From Candidatus Omnitrophota bacterium (GTDB lineage Bacteria > Omnitrophota > Gorgyraeia > Zapsychrales > Fredricksoniimonadaceae): a DNA stretch of 64,000 nt. Shown here piece after piece: positions 58,563-64,000 of the stretch. Numbering within the stretch: the stretch's first letter is position 1; the number at the start of each line of letters is the position of its first letter. The DNA lies in the NCBI GenBank assembly GCA_013286575.1, contig JABDFL010000001.1:9905-73904 (forward strand). The letters run 5' to 3'. The position numbers and the translations under genes are program-made. The notes beneath the pieces are model-generated. The model was not told where the DNA came from. It did no database searches and was given only the letters and a program-made list of their open reading frames with translations.

Positions 58563-58590
58563 TTGACAATAACCAAACATATACTATAAT
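58563..58590 (+). promoter_or_regulatory. sigma70 promoter of rpsU
   Basis: TTGACA-16 bp-TATAAT. Confidence 0.7.
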
Positions 58591-58638
58591 ACAACCCTTC
58601 AAACCAATATAACCAGTACTAAGGAGCAGTGATCCATA

Positions 58639-58800
58639 ATGTTAGAAGTTAAAGTCAATGACAAGAACAGTTTCGAGAAAGCAATGCGCTTATTCAAGAA
58701 GCAGTGCCAAAAAGACGGTTTTTTAGTCGAACTTAAAGAACGCCGTTTTTACTGCAAGCCTTCCGAACGCAAACGTAAAAAAGGCACCGGCAAGAGATAA
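58639..58800 (+). CDS. rpsU: 30S ribosomal protein bS21 (53 aa, absent from ORF track)
   Basis: MLEVKV..SFEKAMRLFKKQC..ELKERRFYCKPSERKRKK; upstream AAGGAG. Confidence 0.92.
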   Translation: MLEVKVNDKNSFEKAMRLFKKQCQKDGFLVELKERRFYCKPSERKRKKGTGKR

Positions 58801-58840
58801 ATTGTTTTTAGTTTCTCCTTTAGGATGACAGGGGTACTTA

Positions 58841-58866
58841 AAGACACCGCCAAGGGTGTCTTCTTT
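58841..58866 (+). terminator. Possible terminator hairpin after rpsU
   Basis: AAGACACC-GCCAAG-GGTGTCTT followed by CTTT. Confidence 0.45.
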
Positions 58867-58873
58867 AATTATT

Positions 58874-60433
58874 ATGATTAAAGTCAAACGCGCATTAATT
58901 TCCGTTTCCGACAAGACCGGTTTGGTGGATTTTGCCAAAGGCTTGGCCAAGCTGGGTGTTGAGATCATCTCCACCGGCGGCACGGCGGCGCTTCTGCGGT
59001 CCGCTGATCTTAAGATCCGGGAAGTTTCTGAATATACCGGTTTCCCTGAAATGCTTGACGGCCGCGTCAAGACCCTGCACCCCAAGATCCACGGCGGCCT
59101 TCTGGCAGTACGCGATAATCCCGAGCACATGAAGCAAATCAAAGCCCACGATATCGGCCTTATTGATATGGTGGTGGTGAATCTTTATCCCTTCGAAAAA
59201 ACGATCCAGAAAAAGAATATATCCCTGGAAGATGCCATCGAGAACATCGATATCGGCGGGCCTTCCATGCTGCGTTCAGCTGCCAAGAATTATAAAAGTG
59301 TGGCGGTGATATGCAATGCTGACCGTTATGCGGAAGTTTTGCAGGAACTCAACAATAACGGCGGCATTTTATCAGATAAGGTGCTGACCAACCTGGCCAT
59401 TGAAGTTTTCGAGCGCACCTGCCGCTATGATGCGGCCATTTACGGGTTTCTCAATAATCGCTTTAAGGCAGACAATTCTTTTTCTTCTTTCCCTAAAGAT
59501 TTTACTTTTTCTTTCAGTAAATTGCAGGACCTGCGTTATGGTGAAAATCCGCACCAGGCCGCGGCTTTTTATAAGGACAGCGCCCAGCTTGATGGTTTGA
59601 GCAAACTTCAGCAATTGCAGGGTAAGGAGCTGTCTTTTAACAATATCCTTGATTTGAACGCGGCAGTGGATATCGTCCGCGAATTCGACGCTCCGGCCGC
59701 GGTCATTATCAAACATAATAATCCCTGCGGCGTCGCCCAGGACAAGACGCTTGATAAAGCATACCTCAAAGCCTACAAATGTGATTCACTTTCTGCTTTC
59801 GGGGGCATCATCGGTTTTAACCGCCCTGTTGACGCAAAAACCGCTGCGGCCGTCATCAAAAGCGGTTTTATGGAATGCATCATTGCCCCTGAATTTGGCG
59901 AGGAGGCCAAGAAGCTTTTTTCAGCCAAAAAGAATTTGCGTTTGCTGGTCTTGGATGTCTACGGCATCAATCAGGAGCGCTATGATTTCAAGAAAGTCTC
60001 CGGCGGGCTTTTGCTGCAGGAGAAGGACAACCGCGTTCTTAAAGCGGAAGAATTAAAAATAGTCAGCAAAGTCAAACCTACCAAATCACAGATGGATGCC
60101 ATGATCTTTGGCTGGAAATTGATCAAGCATGTCAAAAGCAATGCCATTGTCCTGATCAAGGGCACACAGACCATTGGTATCGGCGGCGGCCAAACCAGCC
60201 GCGTGGATTCCGCGATCCATGCCATCCATCGGGCAGGAAAGGCAGCCAAGGGGAGTGTTCTAATATCCGACGCGTTTTTGCCTAAGCCTGATACTGTCAC
60301 TATTGCCGCCAAGGCCGGGGTCAAGGCCATTATCCAGACCGGTGGTTCCATCATGGATGAGGCCGTGATCAAAGAAGCTGATAAAAAAAAGATAGCCATG
60401 GTTTTTACCGCCATCCGCCACTTTAAACATTGA
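58874..60433 (+). CDS. purH: Bifunctional AICAR transformylase/IMP cyclohydrolase
   Basis: RALISVSDK, GRVKTLHP, LRYGENPHQ, KHNNPCG, RHFKH. Confidence 0.96.
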   Translation: MIKVKRALISVSDKTGLVDFAKGLAKLGVEIISTGGTAALLRSADLKIREVSEYTGFPEMLDGRVKTLHPKIHGGLLAVRDNPEHMKQIKAHDIGLIDMVVVNLYPFEKTIQKKNISLEDAIENIDIGGPSMLRSAAKNYKSVAVICNADRYAEVLQELNNNGGILSDKVLTNLAIEVFERTCRYDAAIYGFLNNRFKADNSFSSFPKDFTFSFSKLQDLRYGENPHQAAAFYKDSAQLDGLSKLQQLQGKELSFNNILDLNAAVDIVREFDAPAAVIIKHNNPCGVAQDKTLDKAYLKAYKCDSLSAFGGIIGFNRPVDAKTAAAVIKSGFMECIIAPEFGEEAKKLFSAKKNLRLLVLDVYGINQERYDFKKVSGGLLLQEKDNRVLKAEELKIVSKVKPTKSQMDAMIFGWKLIKHVKSNAIVLIKGTQTIGIGGGQTSRVDSAIHAIHRAGKAAKGSVLISDAFLPKPDTVTIAAKAGVKAIIQTGGSIMDEAVIKEADKKKIAMVFTAIRHFKH

Positions 60434-61713
60434 ATGCCCTCACTTATCTAAACTCCTTTGTTAATTTTGAATCCCAGCTCCATAAACTGGGCCCTGAAGA
60501 TTTTAGCCTCAACCGCATTGAAAAGTTTTTGGATTTGGCCGGAAACCCGGCCAAGAATTTAAAGATCATCCATGTCGCAGGCACTAAGGGCAAGGGATCA
60601 ACCTGTGCGTTTTTAGCCGGTATTTTGCAGGAGGCCGGCTACAAGGTAGGGTTATATACCTCGCCGCACTTGCACAAGGTCAATGAACGTATCCGTATTT
60701 TAAATGCGGAGAATATCCGCTCCAAAGATGATTTTTGCGGCTCAATCAGCGACGATGAATTAGCTTCGGTGCTGGCCCAAATACGCCCTTTTGCCGCTGC
60801 CATCCAGAATGAGGGTAATATCCTTACCTATTTCGAAGTCCTGACAGTGGCGGCCTTGTGTTATTTTGCCAGGGCATGCGTGGACGTGGTCATTTTAGAA
60901 ACCGGTTTGGGCGGCCGTCTGGATGCGACCAATGCGGTTGATTCCTTAATTGCTGTGATCACACCGGTCAGTCTGGACCATGTCCGTATACTAGGCAATA
61001 CTTTAGGTAAAATAGCGGCAGAGAAGGCGGGCATTATAAAAGATTCCCGCCAGCAGGCCGTGATTGCTCCTCAAGAAAAAGAAGCCATGGATATTTTACT
61101 TCAACGTTGCCGGGAGTTTGGTGTCCATCCGGTCCTGGTCAATTTGGAAAAGTATAAAAATTTGAAAATCGGCCTTAAGGGCACGCATCAAAAGATCAAT
61201 GCCGCGACCGGCCTGGAAACGGTGGGGATTTTAAAGAAAATGGGGTTTCACATCAGTGATAAAGCGATCAGTGACGGATTAATTAATGTCCGTTGGCCCG
61301 GCCGTTTTGAATTATTGCATCAGGCGCCGGATGTGATCGTTGATTGCGCGCATAATGAAGCTTCTGCCCGGGCCTTGGCCCAGACCTTGAAGGGGGAATA
61401 TCATCAGCGACGGGTGATTTTAGTGCTGGGAGTCTCCCAAGACAAAGACGTGAAGGCCATTTGTTATTCTTTAAAGAATAGTGTAGCGCATATTATCCTG
61501 ACCAGGGCCGGCCATCCCCGGGCCCACTCTTTTAAGGAAGCAGAAGGTAAGGACTATTTTGGGGGGAAATCTTTTGAGATCATGGAAAGCCTGCCTCAAG
61601 CGCTGGAAAAGGCCCTGCAGCAGGCAGGCCCGCAAGATGTGATTTTAGTAACAGGTTCTGTTTTCGTAGTGGCAGAAGCAACGGAGTTCTTATGTACCAA
61701 TATAAAGGCCTAG
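60430..61713 (+). CDS. folC: Folylpolyglutamate synthase/dihydrofolate synthase
   Basis: HVAGTKGKGST, YTSPHL, ETGLGGRLDATN, WPGRFE, DCAHN. Confidence 0.94.
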   Translation: MNALTYLNSFVNFESQLHKLGPEDFSLNRIEKFLDLAGNPAKNLKIIHVAGTKGKGSTCAFLAGILQEAGYKVGLYTSPHLHKVNERIRILNAENIRSKDDFCGSISDDELASVLAQIRPFAAAIQNEGNILTYFEVLTVAALCYFARACVDVVILETGLGGRLDATNAVDSLIAVITPVSLDHVRILGNTLGKIAAEKAGIIKDSRQQAVIAPQEKEAMDILLQRCREFGVHPVLVNLEKYKNLKIGLKGTHQKINAATGLETVGILKKMGFHISDKAISDGLINVRWPGRFELLHQAPDVIVDCAHNEASARALAQTLKGEYHQRRVILVLGVSQDKDVKAICYSLKNSVAHIILTRAGHPRAHSFKEAEGKDYFGGKSFEIMESLPQALEKALQQAGPQDVILVTGSVFVVAEATEFLCTNIKA

Positions 61714-63176
61714 AAGACACGATTGCCGCCATTGCGACTCCTGCCGGACAAGGCGGGATCGGCATTGTGCGTATCAGCGGTAAGGATGCGATTACGGTCG
61801 CGGATGCGGTGCTTCGTCTTCAAGGGGACAAATCATTAGCGCAGTGCAAGAGCCATACGGTCCATTATGCCCGTGTCATTAGTCCCAATAGTGTCAAAAG
61901 GCCCAATAGCATCGACGTCGCAGAGTTGTGTCATTGCGAGGAGCGTTTTCCAGCGACGAAGCAATCTTTTTTGAAAAATGAAAATATCATTGATGAAGTT
62001 TTAGTAACATTGATGAAAGCACCAAAAAGTTACACCGCCGAAGACGTGGTCGAAATCAATTGCCACGGCGGCATGACTGTCCTGCGTGCGGTGCTTGAAG
62101 AAGTCTTGTCCGCAGGAGCGCGCCCGGCAACTCCGGGAGAATTCACCAAACGGGCCTTTCTTCATGGCCGTATGGATTTGGCCCAGGCCGAGGCAGTGAT
62201 TGATATCATCCAGGCACGGACTTCAAACTTTTTACGCCAGAGCCAGCATCAATTAAAAGGGGAATTATCGATCCAGCTTAATGCCATACGCGCAGAGTTG
62301 ATCAAGCTTTATACGATGGTAGAGGCATTGATTAATTTTCCCGAGGATGGCATTGACGCCCAAGGCCGTCAGCAAATTTTAGACCGCATCAGTATTCAAG
62401 AGAAGGGTATCGCTAAACTGTTGAAATCCTCCGAGAGCGGCCGTATCCTTAAAGAAGGCATACGCATCGTCTTATGCGGCAAGCCCAATGTAGGCAAATC
62501 TTCTTTACTGAACGCTCTTCTCAAAGAACAGCGCGCCATTGTCACCAATATCGCCGGCACCACCCGCGATGTCCTGGAAGAATCAGCGCAAATCAAAGGC
62601 ATTCCCATTTCATTAGTCGACACCGCCGGTATTTTGGAACCAAGGGATCTCATTGAAAAGGAAGCCATATCACGCAGCCATCTTTACATCAAAGGCGCTG
62701 ATCTGGTATTTTTGGTGCTGGACCATAGTCACCCGTTAGAAGAGCAGGACAGGCTGCTGATGCAGCAATTAAAAACCGCCAGGGTTTTGGTCGTAGTTAA
62801 TAAAATAGATTTAGAGGGCAAGATAGACCTGTCAGTGCCCAAAGGAATATTCGGCCCGGAGCATGTGATAGAAGTTTCAGCGCTTGAACCTCAATCCATG
62901 CAGGGCCTGGAAGCAAAGATCGTTGATTTGATCCTCAAGGACAAAGATCTCGATACCCACGGCATTCTGGTCAGCAATGTCCGTCATGTTAAGGCATTGG
63001 AAGAAGCGCAAAGAAACCTGCAAGACGCCGTCCGCCTGATGGACCAAAACACTTCCCTGGAATTTATCTCCGAAGAACTAAAAAGCGCCGTCAACCAGTT
63101 GGACGCCATCACCGGCCGCAACATCGACGAAGACCTCCTGGACCGCATCTTTTCCGAATTCTGTATTGGAAAATAA
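61692..63176 (+). CDS. mnmE: tRNA modification GTPase MnmE with an inserted loop
   Basis: DTIAAIAT, PGEFTKRAF, GKPNVGKSS, DTAG, FCIGK. Confidence 0.96.
   Translation: MYQYKGLEDTIAAIATPAGQGGIGIVRISGKDAITVADAVLRLQGDKSLAQCKSHTVHYARVISPNSVKRPNSIDVAELCHCEERFPATKQSFLKNENIIDEVLVTLMKAPKSYTAEDVVEINCHGGMTVLRAVLEEVLSAGARPATPGEFTKRAFLHGRMDLAQAEAVIDIIQARTSNFLRQSQHQLKGELSIQLNAIRAELIKLYTMVEALINFPEDGIDAQGRQQILDRISIQEKGIAKLLKSSESGRILKEGIRIVLCGKPNVGKSSLLNALLKEQRAIVTNIAGTTRDVLEESAQIKGIPISLVDTAGILEPRDLIEKEAISRSHLYIKGADLVFLVLDHSHPLEEQDRLLMQQLKTARVLVVVNKIDLEGKIDLSVPKGIFGPEHVIEVSALEPQSMQGLEAKIVDLILKDKDLDTHGILVSNVRHVKALEEAQRNLQDAVRLMDQNTSLEFISEELKSAVNQLDAITGRNIDEDLLDRIFSEFCIGK
61929..61967 (+). repeat. TGTCAT repeat in-frame in mnmE (CHCEERFPATKQS)
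   Basis: TGTCATTGCGAGGAGCGTTTTCCAGCGACGAAGCAATCT. Confidence 0.88.
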
Positions 63177-63181
63177 GTGTG

Positions 63182-63217
63182 TGTCATTGCGAGGAGGCGT
63201 AGCCGACGAAGCAATCT
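63182..63217 (+). repeat. TGTCAT repeat just after the mnmE stop
   Basis: TGTCATTGCGAGGAGGCGTAGCCGACGAAGCAATCT. Confidence 0.88.
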
Positions 63218-63257
63218 TTTTACGCTCCACGCCATCTAGGGCTGACGCTGATATATT

Positions 63258-63286
63258 TTGACAACCTCACTCAATGCGAGTAGACT
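63258..63286 (+). promoter_or_regulatory. sigma70 promoter
   Basis: TTGACA-17 bp-TAGACT. Confidence 0.6.
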
Positions 63287-63445
63287 TGCGTTTATTCGGG
63301 TGTTGTGTTTTCTTCGAAGGTAGTAGAAGGCGGTCCCCGAACGTTTAGTTCGGGGAAAAGCAGCCTGGTGACTAGCGATGCCGCACCGCAGGGTGCGGCG
63401 AGCGTGCCTGAGAAGAAAATACAATGCCTGAATATATGCGTGAGT
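63284..63445 (+). other. Structured element (candidate RNA leader/ncRNA or palindromic insert)
   Basis: Long G-U-rich closing stem enclosing two GC-rich hairpins. Confidence 0.55.
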
Positions 63446-63453
63446 AGGTGAGT

Positions 63454-64000
63454 ATGTCTGACAAGATTTTACACAACCGCGGGGCCTTGGTCAATCCGGC
63501 CAACCGGTTTGAGAAGATATCATTCCAGCGGGACGAGGAGATTTCTGATGAGGAATACCCTTCACCCCAAACGGTATTCTATAAAGATACTTCCAAATCC
63601 ATTATCAGTTACAACGACAGCCCGGACATTGGTTATGAAACGAGTTTAAATCCCTACCGCGGCTGTGAGCATGGCTGTGTTTATTGCTATGCCAGGCCAA
63701 CGCATGAATATTTCGGCCTTTCTTCAGGCAGTGATTTTGAAGCCATTATTTTTGTCAAAACACAAGCGTCTCTGTTATTGCGCAAAGAATTGGCCCATCC
63801 TAAATGGAAGCCGCAGGTCGTTGTGATGAGCGGCGTGACGGATTGCTACCAGCCTTTTGAACGCAAATTCCAAATCACCCGCCAATGCCTGCAAGTGCTT
63901 CTGGATTTTAAGAATCCCGTCGGTATCATCACCAAGAATAAACTGGTCACGCGCGACATTGATATTTTTAAATCAATGGCCGCGTATCACGGCATTGGTG
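63454..64000 (+). CDS. PA0069/SPL-like radical SAM protein, truncated by window end
   Basis: RGALVNPANRF, SPDIG, NPYRGCEHGCVYCYAR, SGVTDCYQP. Confidence 0.88.
   Translation, partial: MSDKILHNRGALVNPANRFEKISFQRDEEISDEEYPSPQTVFYKDTSKSIISYNDSPDIGYETSLNPYRGCEHGCVYCYARPTHEYFGLSSGSDFEAIIFVKTQASLLLRKELAHPKWKPQVVVMSGVTDCYQPFERKFQITRQCLQVLLDFKNPVGIITKNKLVTRDIDIFKSMAAYHGIG

Noticed and set aside
63338-63352. LexA box-like CGAAC-GTTTA-GTTCG
   Set aside because: The spacer is 5 nt rather than 4, and the symmetry is explained by the enclosing hairpin
63328-63367. SRP RNA (AGCAGCC motif)
   Set aside because: Lacks the CAGG strand and GNRA tetraloop of SRP helix 8
63236-63424. 62-aa minus-strand ORF
   Set aside because: No recognisable RBS or motif; it overlaps a hairpin element and a plus-strand promoter

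Overview
Gene-dense chromosomal window from a diderm bacterium, probably PVC superphylum and possibly Candidatus Omnitrophota (an inference from gene architecture, not from a marker gene). It is mostly housekeeping: lpxD, comM, accA, rlmN, tRNA-Ala/tRNA-Leu, a biotin operon, mnmA, pgi, tatAC, hemW, purine genes, tsaC/rpiB/glyA/nrdR, era, nth, rpsU, purH, folC and mnmE. No rRNA, CRISPR array or prophage is visible. Highlights: (1) a tightly coupled iscS-birA-bioF-bioH-bioC-bioD-bioA operon with no bioB, headed by a cysteine desulfurase whose promoter overlaps a BirA-type operator; (2) a family of co-oriented TGTCAT...ATC palindromic repeats, some in-frame in purL and mnmE, and one supplying the stop codon, RBS and start codon at the cca/ygfZ junction; (3) a RAYT transposase carrying a 27-bp palindrome inside its own CDS; (4) an orphan minus-strand sRNA with promoter and terminator, and a 15-aa lysine-rich micropeptide with promoter and RBS; (5) a Ddl-like ATP-grasp ligase coupled to a lysine 2,3-aminomutase; (6) an AT-rich GmrSD-type nuclease between purQ and purM; (7) several long intergenic hairpins. 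All calls were made by eye from motifs; no database searches were run.
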